NCBI GenBank assembly: GCA_900088475.1 | Contig: FLMG01002562.1 | Span: 62,001 to 126,000, forward strand | DNA from: Hyphochytrium catenoides | Taxonomy: Eukaryota; Protista; Hyphochytriomycota | Direction of reading: 5' to 3' | DNA length: 64,000 bases | Part shown: positions 35,829-48,744 of the stretch, piece by piece | How the letters are laid out: each line of letters opens with the position of its first letter | Numbering within the stretch: position 1 is the stretch's first letter | The notes under the pieces: generated by a model | What the model was told of the DNA's origin: nothing | Databases searched by the model: none | The model's input: the letters and a program-made list of their open reading frames with translations, nothing else | Translations under genes and position numbers: made by a program

Positions 35829-36895
35829 ATGAGGTAGCTCCACAAGTCGGCAGATTGCAGAATGAAGAGAAAGCCCTTCCAGATTTTTTTGAGACCAACC
35901 CCAAAGAGCAGATCACCAGAACACGACACCCACTAAAGGACCGAGAGGTTGTAACGTGGCAAGCAGTCACCGCGATGCGAAGCGAACAGAAGGAGGAGCA
36001 GAGGACTTGTCACTGTGAAGCTTTATGCGGGGTGTTCGTACAAAGTATTGGGACCGTGCTGCGGGCAGCTTCAGAGCTGATCAGCTGTGAGCTGTGAGGA
36101 ACTTGACCAAGCCCAAGGGCCAAGGAAGGTGAAGGAAAACACTGCCACTCCCCACAGTCCTCTCTACCGTTCGGTGGGTGTTCTGATGAGAAGCAGGGGA
36201 TGGCGACATGTGCGACAGGGGACAAAGGTACAAGACAGAGCGCAGAACCATTACAGATAAAGACTAGCGCCGCTTCGGGGAGATATTCAAGAAAGTAGAC
36301 TTGGACGATTGTGACAAGAAAAATGGAAACCATCACTCATCTGAAAGAAACACATGCACCTTTGCAAAGATGCATCGTGGTACACTCCAGTAAAGACTTC
36401 TCTACGAGTAGGAATGAAAATATTGAAGGCTTCGTGGCAGCAAACTGAAACAAAGTTTCCAATATACCTTGATTACCGTTAGCCGTGATCTTTTGAGATC
36501 AACGTAACGATAACTACATAAATCCGTTGTGGCAGAAGACAGTGAAGCGGTGCCGCGAATGGCGATCATCATTCTGTCCTGCCGACTCTGATGAAGCGCT
36601 GGAAGGAAGGCGCTGCCCTTGCTGATGATGGAGATAATAAGGACCATGGCTGTTGATGGCAGACAAGTGCCATCCTCACTTGGCAGTGCAGAGGGTTGCT
36701 ATGTCAGTCGCCTCCATGGACACTCTCTCTCTGTGGGCTTCAAGGCACCAAGACTTTCAGTCAGGTCTATTCTATTATTGCTAAACCTGGCAACGCTACG
36801 GGTAGTGCAAGGTTACGCTGTCAAGCACTTCGCGACTAAGCGACGCCAACTTCACACTGCGTGGATGCTGTGACACAGTCACTGCTACGTTGGCA

Positions 36896-38735
36896 ATGGA
36901 CCTTGTTCGCATCTTGGAGCAGTTCAAACAAGAACTCGAGTACGTTAATGGCGAAAATGAAGGGAAATTGAAGCAGGTAGACACGTATATATGCAGAGCT
37001 CGTCTGGCCTCTTCGTCTCTGATTGTATAACCAGGCAATTCTTGAGGGTGACTAACTTTCAGGCGTTCCGCAGATCTACGACTTCTTTGATGTGGACAAT
37101 GATGGATTGCTACGGCCCCCGGAGGCGATCCGCCTCCTGCACGTTGTAAGTGTTTGCTACATCAACGTGGGTCCGTTATCGTCAGCTTCTCTCCTCGTTT
37201 TGTCTCTAAGTCTATAATGCCAAAGAATGCATTTTTCACCAGTTAAGGTCTCTGGTCCAACTCCCTCTCCGTCGTCTTGTCCCTCCAACTCCCGTCTCCG
37301 TCGTCTTGTCCCTCCTTATCTTAGCTATGCCCTTGCTGATGATGCCATCCTCCTTGGCAGTCGCATGCTTCTCTCTCTCTCTTCTCTCTTCGTTGCTTTG
37401 CCCATCTCCTCGATTCTTCTTGCCATGCAATGATAGACAGCTCCTTATTTTGTCCCCTTTGCTCTAGCTAGGATGTGACGTGGACATTAGCTGTCTTCAA
37501 GGCTTGCCCATAGTAGAATATACAGGTCTCGCCCTAGCCACGACCGGGCCTCCCAGTCTTTCCTTGACGCTTTCTCACCCTTCACTTATAACCATCTCTA
37601 CCTTCTCCTACAATGCACTCTTGTCCTTTCAACTCTTACACGTTCGTCTTAGTCACCTTAGTCATTCAAGTCAACTCAACTTTGCTCAGCTCTTACACAG
37701 CCGTCCTTAGTCCTTCGTAGTGTTTTCGCCAAGTATCTGTCGACTGTTAGGGAGGAAGATGGGTCGCCCGCTTTTCAAGGAGCCGTCCAGAGTGCAGACG
37801 AGAACCGCTCCGTAACCCCCACCTCTTCCGCCAGTAGCGCGGTACCGCGCTTGTCCTTAACAGCTCAAATGGGTCACGCACCTGTGCCTCTAGACATTGT
37901 ACGACAGGGCTTGCTGCCCTTCGTCGCGCACACTCGCTTTTCTCCTCGTTTAGACTGTATCTTACTACTGTCTTGCCCCAGCTCCGGTGACAATTTGAGC
38001 TCTGGATAGCTAACCTCTTGCTGTTCTCTATCTCTCGCTATGCTGTTCACCTATATCCCTGCTTGGCTCACTGTTTGACCTCTATTCTTCGCTACTTTCC
38101 TATCCTTTCTGCTCTCATCGGTCTTTGATATCTTTCACCCCTTTATTCATCTATCGAGGCTTCCTTCTTCCTTGCATTTCATCTTTATACTATCATGCCA
38201 AGCTCCTCCTCTTCGCAGCACCGCTAGGTGACTCCATATACCTCCGCTTTTGCTGTCAAGTGACTCTGACAAAACTCATCGCATGCTGTTTTGGCGCAGA
38301 TAATGAACTTACTGGACAGACAGAGAAAAGGGTCTACAGATGTCAATCATTTAAGAGGCTTTCTTCATAGTGCTGGCGTGGACATTTCTCCCGATATCTT
38401 TAGATGGATGGCCGAAAGCCTCTCTCAGAGGTAAGCTCAAAGACACTGTTGGAAGAGGAGGAGGTACCGCAGGAGACTCTATTGGAAGGTTCCGCATATA
38501 CCGCAAAGATATTCGCTGACTTTCTAACATTGGGCCCTCCTATATCCTTCCTCTAACATCATGTAGCGACCAGGAAGGTGCGCCTGGCGAGGATAAGGAA
38601 GGAGAGCCATTAAACAATGGATTAATTACCAAGGCCAGTCTCGGGCGTTTCATCAAGCGCTTCGGAAGGCCTCACAAGAACGAGGATGGGCAGAAGAACG
38701 GCAGTGAGTCCGGAGCGCCTGAGATCTCAAGTTAA
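36896..38735 (+). CDS. Divergent calmodulin/centrin-like EF-hand protein (about 203 aa, 6 exons), not visible in the ORF track
   Basis: Exons 36896-36976, 37074-37145, 37468-37525, 37711-37811 (alternative donor at 37841), 38300-38430 and 38567-38735 join in frame with GT-AG ends. EF loops: KQIYDFFDVDNDGLLRPPEAIRLLHVLG and degenerate IMNLLDRQRKGSTDVNHLRGFLHSAG. Confidence 0.75.
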
Positions 38736-40139
38736 GGTTCTACGGCATATAACCGCTAGTGCTCCTTGCTTTCTCGCTCCTCTATTCGGCCTACCGTGCC
38801 TAGATAGTTGGCCAGACCATTTCGCAACTCGTCTCTCTTTGTTTGTCTGCCGCAGGAAGCCGTATCTAGAGTCTCACTGGCTCGTCCGCAGCCAAATACC
38901 TGCTCCTCAGCTTCACCCTTGACTGAGCAGTCGCTGTGAAGCCTGACATTGTCTTAGTTTGTCCTTTCCTGGTCAGGCTTGACTTGTACGTACATTTCTT
39001 GCATTCACGCTGCTGAAGGCTGCTGCCGATCTCATAGGAAATTAGACAAGTCATCGTACTATTTCTAATGCCATCCATTCATTTGCTATCCTTCTTAGTT
39101 TCTTAGAGTGTTGGAGTCAGACGACTGCTCCAAAGTTGCCTCCAGCAGCTATTGGCTGAGAGGAGCAGTTACCAGTCATTCATGGCCCTTAACCAAGTAC
39201 TAAGCTAGCGCTGCTGTTAACTCAAAAGAGGGCTCTGTCGGCTGATGTCTCTAAACGGCAGAGCCACAACCTGCTAGTAGTAGAGTACTAGCGCTGACAG
39301 CATATCAAAGAAGCAAAATCCTTTGCTCTACTCCTTTCAGACCGCGCCGGAGATTGGTCCTCACCTGGCTCCCTCAGCTGGCTGCTCCAACTAGTGACCG
39401 GTCTTGGACTGCTAAATGAGGTTGACACAAGTGCGACTTCACCTTTAGCTCTTCAAGGTCACGCTTCTTCTTCTCTAGCGAGATCAGTCGCCTGCTTGGT
39501 CTACTGATGGCTACTGATCAATGTACATGTTGGGCAGACTCAGAGGATTTGCACATGCAGCGAAAGGTAGTATTGAAGGTCAAGAATGACATGGAGAAAG
39601 GCTGACAAACTTCCACGATATTTCACTCCAAGCAACAGACAAGATTCACCGGCCCTCTCCTTGCAGTCGACGGAAAGACACTCTTCCTCTCTCCATCGAC
39701 CTCCTCCCTTCTTTGCTCTCATTGCCCTGAACTTCACCTGAACAGACCTACAGGGGTCCTTGTCCGCCCTCTAATCATTGATAGGCAGTCCTCCTCACTC
39801 TTCAATAACTTGGCATTGCCAGGTGCTAGTGAACAAGGACCGGACGACGACGAAGATCCAGGAACAGACAGAACCCTCTCTCAACCATTTCTCTGCTCAA
39901 ATGAGCGAGTATGTCTCGCCACCGGGATGACGACGGAGAAACCTTCTCGTGCTACCACGATGGCGATAGGGCAAACTGCCGTCAGTGCTGGGTAGGTTCA
40001 GGCTCAAAGAGATATAAATCTTGGTCAATAAATATATGATGATAAGCTAAATAAGCTGGGCCCATCGTCGACAGACTTATGCGACCAAGTGTTCACGCCC
40101 TCAGATTCTCTGCGGATTATTCCTGGAGAAGAGGGAACG

Positions 40140-40469
40140 CTAACATCTTGGCAATTGGAGGCCATGGACGCATTTGCCCTCCTTACTACACTTGATATAC
40201 TTGTTGTTCACTTCATCACCATCATAAGGGTCAGGGCACAGTCCGGTAACGTTTTTGGCAGAGCAGTAGGCGCTAGCACCTGGCTGACTCTGACAGGCGT
40301 ACATCGGTTTTGCACCTTTGAATTGGAATTCAAATGCTTGGTAGCCATGCTCGCACTCGGTCTTGGCCTCATCCTTAGAGGAGAACTTCACCCCTGCGCA
40401 GGCGGAGGTGAGAGCTGGAGCAGCTGCAAGGGCAGCAAGGAAGAGAGCGGCGCAGTGAATCATCTTCAT
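40140..40469 (-). CDS. Small secreted cysteine-rich protein (109 aa, 8 Cys in the mature part), intronless
   Basis: Good ATG context (ACAAACATG), signal peptide MKMIHCAALFLAALAAAPALTSA, an even number of Cys, and a C-terminal Cys. Confidence 0.75.
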   Translation of the reverse strand: MKMIHCAALFLAALAAAPALTSACAGVKFSSKDEAKTECEHGYQAFEFQFKGAKPMYACQSQPGASAYCSAKNVTGLCPDPYDGDEVNNKYIKCSKEGKCVHGLQLPRC

Positions 40470-41415
40470 GTTTGTCGATGTTGTTCTGGGGATTCTGTGT
40501 AGAGTTTGCAGTCCGGGCTTTTTGATCTTGGCTTTGAAGTGGCTGTCGGATCCTTGCGCTATGACTGGAAAATCTGTGAATGACCGATGGACGGTGAGAA
40601 GAGTGCCATTACCTGGCGAGAGGAGTGCTTTTCCACCAGACGCTACTCCTGCTCTGGACAGTAGTCACAGAACCAGAATCTCAACCCGGAAAGAAGAAAG
40701 CAGAACCGGAAAGCAGGATCATCAACCACCACTCAATGTTAAAGAGGTATAGCAAGAAGCGGTGCCACACCATCTCGCTCCTCCCTCACTTCGCCCGCTT
40801 TCCTTTCTGACCAGTTTTCTTCACTGAAGGTATCCATAGCTACGGAAGGGAGGGACTTCTATTCTGCGCTCATCATAGAGTAAGAGGTCCTTTATCTCTG
40901 CGTTCAGATGATGTTGGAGAATGTCTCTGTACTTTTTTGTTTATTTTTCATTTTTTCCTCCATCTCGCTCTCTCTCTGCCTCTTCTCTCTTTCCCCCCCC
41001 CCCTTTCTCTCTCACTCTCTCTCTCCGATCGCGTTTCTTTCATCCCTTATAAAAAAATCATGTTCAGACGCTTCGATTCCTCTTTTCTTCTCCGCGCTCT
41101 TTTTCGTCATTATGATCATCACTTCTTAGTCGTAGAGCTACTCTCTCTTCTAATACTCGACTCCTTTCTCCCTCCTCCTCGTCCAGCTGATTCTCATGCA
41201 GAAGCTCATGCAGAGGTCCTATACTCTGGTGAACAGTCCCTTTATTGCCTGTATATTACCTCCTCCTCTTGGTACTGAACTGAACCTTTCGAAGACGGAG
41301 AAGCTCCTCGTCCCTGAGCTCCGCGCGTCAGAACCTTCCGTATGTCGCATTCGTTTCCTGTTCTTTCTTGAGTATGCTCTGGCTCTATTCTTATCCGTTC
41401 CTGCTTTATAATAGC

Positions 41416-41441
41416 TAGGGTTAGGGTTAGGGTTAGGGTTA
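41416..41441 (+). repeat. Interstitial telomere-type repeat TAGGG(TTAGGG)3TTA
   Basis: Read directly from the sequence. Confidence 0.85.
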
Positions 41442-42394
41442 CTGTACAGTACGGTTATATATGATAAAGTACAGTAGTAGGGTTGCAAAACGGCTGTACT
41501 GTAATCGTAGTATACTAGCGATAGATTCTAGATATCAAGGCGCTCTTTGTCCGGATCGAGAATATAGAAGATGGTTTTAGCGATTACTCGCTCACTGTAC
41601 AGAACAGTACAGACCAGCGAAGGAAAGTGGGCAAGTGCGGCACTGCCACTCTGCGGCAAAACAGTAGTGGGAAGGTAGTGGCGGCTGGAGAGTTGGGCAC
41701 GTCCAAGAGACGCTGCGACGACGATGCAGTTCAGGATCTAGAAGAGCTAGTTGCCGCCTCGACCTGGGGATAGAACTATTCTGTTACCTGGACTGGCGAA
41801 TAGTCATTAGAAGGCTTTGTGTCCTGTCATCTTCCTGCGTTCGCTCTCCGTAGATCCTGAAATAAATAGCAGTCTTTGAAGAGAAGGGGTAACACATCGC
41901 GAAACATTGTCAGGGAAGATTAGTGAGCTTACCGTGACAGCCGACTGCGCTGAGTGGCTGAGCCGCAAGAGATCACCGTAGTTTACCTTCCCCATCCCCG
42001 TCCTCTACAGCCATTGGACTTCCCTGCGCGTGGTATTCGCTTTTAGCCCCGGCATGCAGCACTCTTGCTCTCTCTCTCTCCCTCTCACTCCCTATTCTCT
42101 CGTTGCTCTTCTCTCTCTTGGTGTACGTTTGAGCCTAGTTCTCTTGGTGTACGTTTGATTGTACTATGTCTTTTCACCGGCCGTTCGCAAGTCGCAATCA
42201 GTCTTGCAGCACTTGGTTGACACCTCTATGCTTCTAGACAGTTCATCACAGTCCATCCCGAGCAAGTAAATTTAGGAGACCCTCTCGGGGAAAGCTGATT
42301 ATGTGGCTTATCATAGAAAGCGGGCCCAAGTATTAGAAACCTCTCGATCTTATAAACGATGTAACAAACTAAGTGCTGCCACGCCATCTAGTCA

Positions 42395-45300
42395 TTAGGC
42401 GCTAAAAATGCTCCTGATGTCTTGCAGTCTTCTCTCAACCATGTTCCTTTCATTGGCACCCTTGATACCCTGAAATGCCTGGTCTATCAGCTCCTTCTTC
42501 TCCTTCTGGATCTCGAGAACCCTTTCTTCCACAGTTTCTTTCACCACGAAGCGGAAGACGTTGACAGCCTTCGTCTGTCCCAGCCTGTACACTCGGTCTA
42601 TGGCCTGAGTCTCTGTTTCAAGGTGAAAGAAGCAGGTCCGCATAAGAGCAGAACCAGGGAGACGAAGAAAGCTGAAAGGTTTGGGGCAAAGTGCGAGCAA
42701 CATAGGAGTTGTGACAAGTGCATATCCTGGAGGTTGCAGAGCGGACGGCTGCTTAGACATAGAGGCATGAGGTTGGAAGAGTAACATGAAGGAGAATTTA
42801 GCAAGTCAATAAGGACGAAGAAACCACGAAGAGCAACGAGGATAGCATCGGTAGCATACGAGTGCTAGTTGCAGCATCTTTCTGGGAGGCGTACCAATGG
42901 CCGTGTTCCACCAAGGATCCATGAGAAAGACTTGAGATGCTTGAGTGAGGTTCAGACCCAACGACCCACTGCAGGGCAATCGTGGAGAGTATAAGACTGA
43001 TTAGATTGACATCGCGACTATGCAACAGAACGAGAGATTCGTTAATGAATAACATCTAGTACCATTTGAGGGACATAAGGAGGACAGGGTAAGCAAGACT
43101 GTCATCTTCGCCGTCTTCCTTTTTGAAGAGCTCCAGGCATTCATCCTTCGCCTTTCTCTGCATCTTTCCATCATATCGCAAGAACCGGATCCCGTTCTCT
43201 CGCAGCTGCGGCTCTATAAGGTCCAACATTGAAGTCCACTGGCTAAAAACAATCGACTGAGAAGAAAGAGATGAGAAGGGCCAAGTTAATGGAGCCGAAA
43301 GGGCATAAGATTTGCGTGAGAAGACAGAAAAAGGTGCAATCCTGGGAATGCTGCTTGGGCGTAGGTCGTGAGACGCATCGCTGGATGAAGAGCAGTTGAG
43401 ACAAGGAAGTAGGGCAAGCTGGGAACCTCGTACCCTAATACCCTTCGGTGTGACTTTTAGAAACTGAATAAGGGCATTTATCTTGGAGCTTGAAGGAAGG
43501 GCACCAGTGTCGTCAGTTTGCTCTTTAGCCTCACTTTCCTCTTGCTCTGGAGGAAGAGAAACCAGATTCTGCGGATGGCATCATAGAGATGAGCATCAAG
43601 AGACGTTCGGAGGTAGAGAGGTGCAAGCCTGAAGATAGGAATGGAAGTATTATGCAGCCCGTGAACAAAGACCAAGGCTAGACAAGGAGCGGCCGTGTGG
43701 TCAGGCTGGAGTCAGTGCGCCGTTTACCTGTCTTTGTATTTTGGCTCGACAGAGAGGACAGCTAGCCTGAGTTTCTATCACCTTCAATATGCAAGGCTGC
43801 GGGAATAACCAAGCGAACGGACATGCTGATGATTAGCCGACCATTGACGCACTTCTTAGGGCCAGAATAGGGCCGGAAGCCTGTCATTACCTCGCAGAAG
43901 ACGTGTCGGCAAACTGTAATCACGCTGCAGAGCCACACCGATCCCCGGAGTGAAGAGTGCCCACAGGTAAAGCATTAGCGTCACAGATGCGAACATTGGA
44001 GCCCAAGACAAGGTCTGAGTAATAGGGGAGTGGCTCGAGAGAGGGCTAACGCGTAGAAGTAAGGCAAAAACGCCCATTACCATGCCAGGAGTTCTCTGTC
44101 CCAAACAGAAGTAATCGGAATTCAAGGAGCAAGGCCAAAAGTCCTTACAGAATGGACCTCCTTCCCCGTCAACACTTTACCTGTCCTTAAGTGTGTCGAG
44201 ACAAATGGGACACTCCTCGCCTTCTCCAGCAACGTCTCTTAGTATATCCATCAGCATATTTCTGTCTTCCTCTGTCAGCGACGATGGCATTACTGCGTCT
44301 CCTTTCTTTGAGAGGGACTCCAAAAAGTGCTGTGGACAAAGGGAAGTGTGGTCACAAATCTGTCGCAACCTCATCAGGATCTGGAGAATGTGGGTGTAGT
44401 TCTTCATCTGTGGATATTGGGGAGGTTGTTAGAGCGTGGCCAGAGCGATGAGGACAAGTCAGAACAAAGACAAAGGATGTACAGTCTTCTGGAAGGTTTT
44501 TGGCTCCGGGAAAGGAGGCGGCAACAAGATAAGTGGAAGGAACGTGAGAAGACACAAATGGAAGATGGGCCTGTATTTCCCACGTGGACAAGGTACGACG
44601 CTGACGTATAGAGTGTCAGTGCATACAAGAGTAAGAGAGGATTGGACATGTAATGCAAAAGCGCAGCCCCGACTCACCGCAGTTCCCTCTTGAAGATAGT
44701 TCTCAACGACTCTCTTACTCTCTTTCTCCACTTTAGCGTAAAGAGCTCGCTCCTCAGGGGTGAAGTCCAGCTTGTGCAGATACACGGTGCACTTAGGGAG
44801 TTTGATGATAGGTTTCCCATTGATCTTCATGGCTAAATAAAGATAGTGGTTAGAGGAAAAGCTGGCACTCGAAGGGTGAAGAGCAAGAGACCAATTAGCC
44901 GTACACTTGTTTCTCCTGATGCTAATTGACTTCATCAGAGCCTTCAGGCGATCGAAGCCTTCCTGATAGCCCTTCTTAATAGGCCTGAATATAGGCATTG
45001 CGTTGGAGCCGTTAGCCAAAGTCAACAAGAGTGAAAGGAACAAGGCCGAGATACCGTTGACATAAAGGGGACACCGAATAACTGAAGAGTTTGGCGGCAT
45101 AGAGAGAGCATTATTGCACGGAGATGAAAGTGACCGACGCGCAACTTGACACGGCCTTCCTCACCTGAGAAATGATCGACTCCACCACTCATAGGAATCA
45201 AACGGCTTAAAGCGCAAGAAGCTGAGGATGGAAAGCAAGGTAAGTTAATTAGAATCGACCAGAAAGACAAGGCGAAGACTAAAGGTGTCAAGAGGAGACC

Positions 45301-48300
45301 AGCAGGAGAGTAGCAGGTGAGCAGGCAATCTTCTTTGGGATATCTTGCAGGCCAGTGTCGGCCACCTAACATAGGGGATAATCAGCTACGGACGATCACC
45401 TGAGAAGAGCGTATAGGTCCTCAATCTGTAGAAAGGAAGAGTTGCAGTGCACATAATGAGCTGATAGTCTCATGCAATCTTCTGCTTCGTCCACCTTCTT
45501 GAAATGAACCCCCAATATCTCGTATTGACTAGGTGCGACACTGAAGCGTTCTTATCTGTCAGTCCTTGAAAGCTAGCAGATCAAACCTATCGTCCTTCTG
45601 CTTGCCTCTGCGGTCTCTCTCTCCGGCGGCAGCCCTCTCGCTTTGCTATCTCCATGGATCCGTCACAGCAGTCTCCAATAGGAGCTCCTCTTATCGTACC
45701 TTATTGGTGATGGGGGTGCCACTTACTACCCAGCGTCTTTCAGCGTTAAGATTTGTGCATGCGATACTTTGCTTGGCCGTTCTTGACTTGATCAAGTGTC
45801 CCTATGCGGCGACGGTAAGGAAACAGAAGGGGATGTAGGCCAGGGAAAGAGAAAGAGGGATGACAATAAGAACCAGAGCCAGAGCGGAGCGTAACGTGAG
45901 CACGGACAGAACTCTGCCCTTAATAACCGGCAGTGAGGCAAACTAAGACAGGAGAGACGATAGGAATACGGCTAGGTAGAAAGCAGATTGCAAGATAGAA
46001 GATATCAAGCTATCAGCTACCTCGTCTAATATAATCCTCCGCCAATTTGTCTTGAAGAGCGGCCCGTTAAGAGTGCTACCAGCGCTTGTGAAGTCAGAGG
46101 ACACAGTCTAGGGAAGACAAGACAAGCTTGAGGCTTAGCGAAAGAAAATCGACTCATTTTCCGCCGATCCTCAGCTCATAGCCTGGCACGGTCTCCGTCC
46201 TTCCAGTAGTTCAACCTTATATAGAATCTCTCACTCTCTTACCTGATAGGTAGTGATGACCACATCGAACTTTTGCAGGGCTTTCGGATCCGTTAATCTG
46301 TTAGGCCCATGGTAGACGTAGTACGAAAGAGCTCCCTCATTTGTGTGCTCTTCTATCTGAGAAGCCCAGTTGTTCACAACTGCAAGGGGAGAGATGATAA
46401 GGGTTCCCGTGCTATACTGAGGAGCGGAAACACCTGGAGAGGTGAGGAGAGGAGCCCCCGTAGGATCTGAAAGGATGAGTGCTATCATCGTCAGAGTCTT
46501 GCCCAAACCCATCTGTGTCGCAAAAGAAAGAGCTCGTAGTGTCAGAAAGCCGGCCAGCCTAACGTTTAGGCGGAGTGTACAGAGTCAAGGCCAGCTTGAA
46601 AGCCACGAGACAGAGACAGATGTAAGCATCAACGATGAGGGTAGGCGACCTTCTCTCAACGTCGCAAGTGACAGAGAAATACTCGATGGAATTAATGCTA
46701 GATAACAAGTCAGTAGAGCAGAACGAGGCGAACAACAGGAGAACCAATAAATATGTCAACTCGCACGCACGGAGCGTTAAGACTAAGTGCTTTTGAAAAT
46801 AAAGGCAAGACGAAGAAGTGTCTCTCACATCGTCTGCCAAAATCCCTCCCCTGCTCAAGACCGGTCTTTCTTGTGCAGAGGCTGTCGCCACATTAAGATA
46901 GAAACGTCTTCTATCTTGTTCTCGGTATGCCCAGAACTGGACGGGCTGCTCTTTAGGCGTACTTGGCAGCGCAGGATGCTCCTGTTTCACGCACCAGGCT
47001 AAGCCCTGGAGCTGATGAGACAACAGGGACGTCTTCAACTGAGAAGGAGGTGACGGATGGAGAGGAAGCTTCGCCATGTCAATGACTGAGCCCATAAGCT
47101 CATCCTGCAAGAAGTGATGGGACCAATATACTTAGGCAACAGTCAAGCAGCCGGATTTGCTATTGGGGGAATGGACCAAGCAAGACCATACCAGGGGGTA
47201 AGAAGGAACTTGCAGATGCCTACCAGGGCAGTCTGAATAGCCTTCCTATCGGACTGCTGCGTGTTCCTCCCGCGCAACAAATTCTCCATCTCTGACTGCT
47301 CTCCAACATAGGATGACGGAGCTGCAGAGGAAGGATAGAGATATATCTGTCTCTTCTTGAGGTCATTTACAATACCCGCTCGCTTTTCTTCCTTTCCGTA
47401 CACGTCAATGCTCACTCCCATCCGATACTTTGGCTTGCCGCCGGTAGGGCAAAAACCTTCAACGCGGATGTCTCCTCTATCTATTAGCGGCGCTAGCACT
47501 GCAGCTACCTCTCGCGGGATGTGGCCGACCTGGCAAAGATATAGAGGTGTGGGCAGTGTTGGATAAGAAGTCGACCATAGTTGAACAGGCGATGCCACTG
47601 AGAAGATCTCTCTTTAGGGAAAGAAGATATGGTGGGCACGACAACGCGTAAGCCACGGCCATTGTAAACCACAAGAACTGAAGCAGCGGACAGAGAACCT
47701 GAAGACGCAGCACCTAGTAGGGCCCGTATAAGGACGAACTAAAATGCAGCCAGTACCTGCACATCACTGATGTTCCACACTGCAATTGCATTTCTGTCAT
47801 ACCTAAGGAGTCGAGAGGCGGAGGGGAAGTCCAAGGATCAAGAAGGAGCAGAGAAATGGGTTACGAAGGACAGCAAGGATAAGGCGAGGAGTGACAGAAA
47901 AAGGTGCGCGGAAGGGGGTCAGCACTTCCGCCTTAGGTGGGACGTACTGGTTATGTGGTTCTCTTACGAGACGCACTTGCTCTCCCTTCCCCACCTGTGA
48001 TCAGAGGTACGCGGAACAAACGACATTAGACAAAGGGCCTGTTGTCTCTTAGAGACAGGAACTGAGGTAAAGTTGGGGAGACAGTAGAGAATGAAGGCAA
48101 GTGAAAGACTAGTGACAGTGCTCAAGGCATCGAGAAGACCTCAGTGGCCAATCATCACCACGTAGGCTAAGCATAGATCCTGCCTGCTGACATCAATGGT
48201 ACTACATTGCACCGCCATAGAGAGACGACATAGAGGGAGACAAGAGAGAGAAGATGACGATGGGAGGCACCTACCACTCCTTCATAGTACCGAATGCCCA

Positions 48301-48744
48301 CGATCGCCCCCTGGTAACGTCCAAAGTTCACTTCTGAGGCCACAACATCGTCCGTCTCGCCTTCTTCATCAGAGGCTTCCCCTTCGCCCGCTCTTTGAGG
48401 CTCTACAGGTGCAGATATCTCTGCCAAACGCGTCAGAGCTCCTTCCGCCATGAAGTTCGCCAGGTGCTCTACGCCAGTCAGTTGTAAGGAGTTGCCGCTA
48501 GAGCTGGTGCTTTGAGGAGTCTGGTCAGAGCTGTCAGCGGTGGCAGAGGATCCAGGCGTCTCTACATGGGATCCTTTGTCGGGGGCTTTGCCTCTTCCTG
48601 GACAACCTGGACGTCAATTTTCTGTAGAACAAGAAGATGAAACATTGGCTTACGGCGAGATTTGGCTATAGGGCCAGGCTTCGCTTGTGCCTTTTGCTTG
48701 CGCTTTCTCGTTGACGCTGGTTGGAGCTCGCTTTTGACCTCCAT
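42395..48744 (-). CDS. HLTF: HLTF/RAD5-family SNF2 helicase with HIRAN domain and RING E3 ligase, multi-exon
   Basis: HIRAN: [34 protein letters not shown]2: [45 protein letters not shown]3HC4: CPIC..CRHVFCEPC..CPLC. HELICc: [42 protein letters not shown]. The start at 48744 assumes a 47-nt first intron; an alternative start is 48451. Confidence 0.95.

Noticed and set aside
42114-42158. 19-bp direct repeat TCTCTTGGTGTACGTTTGA x2
   Set aside because: A local slippage duplication with only 7 bp between copies, so it is not a target-site duplication around an element.
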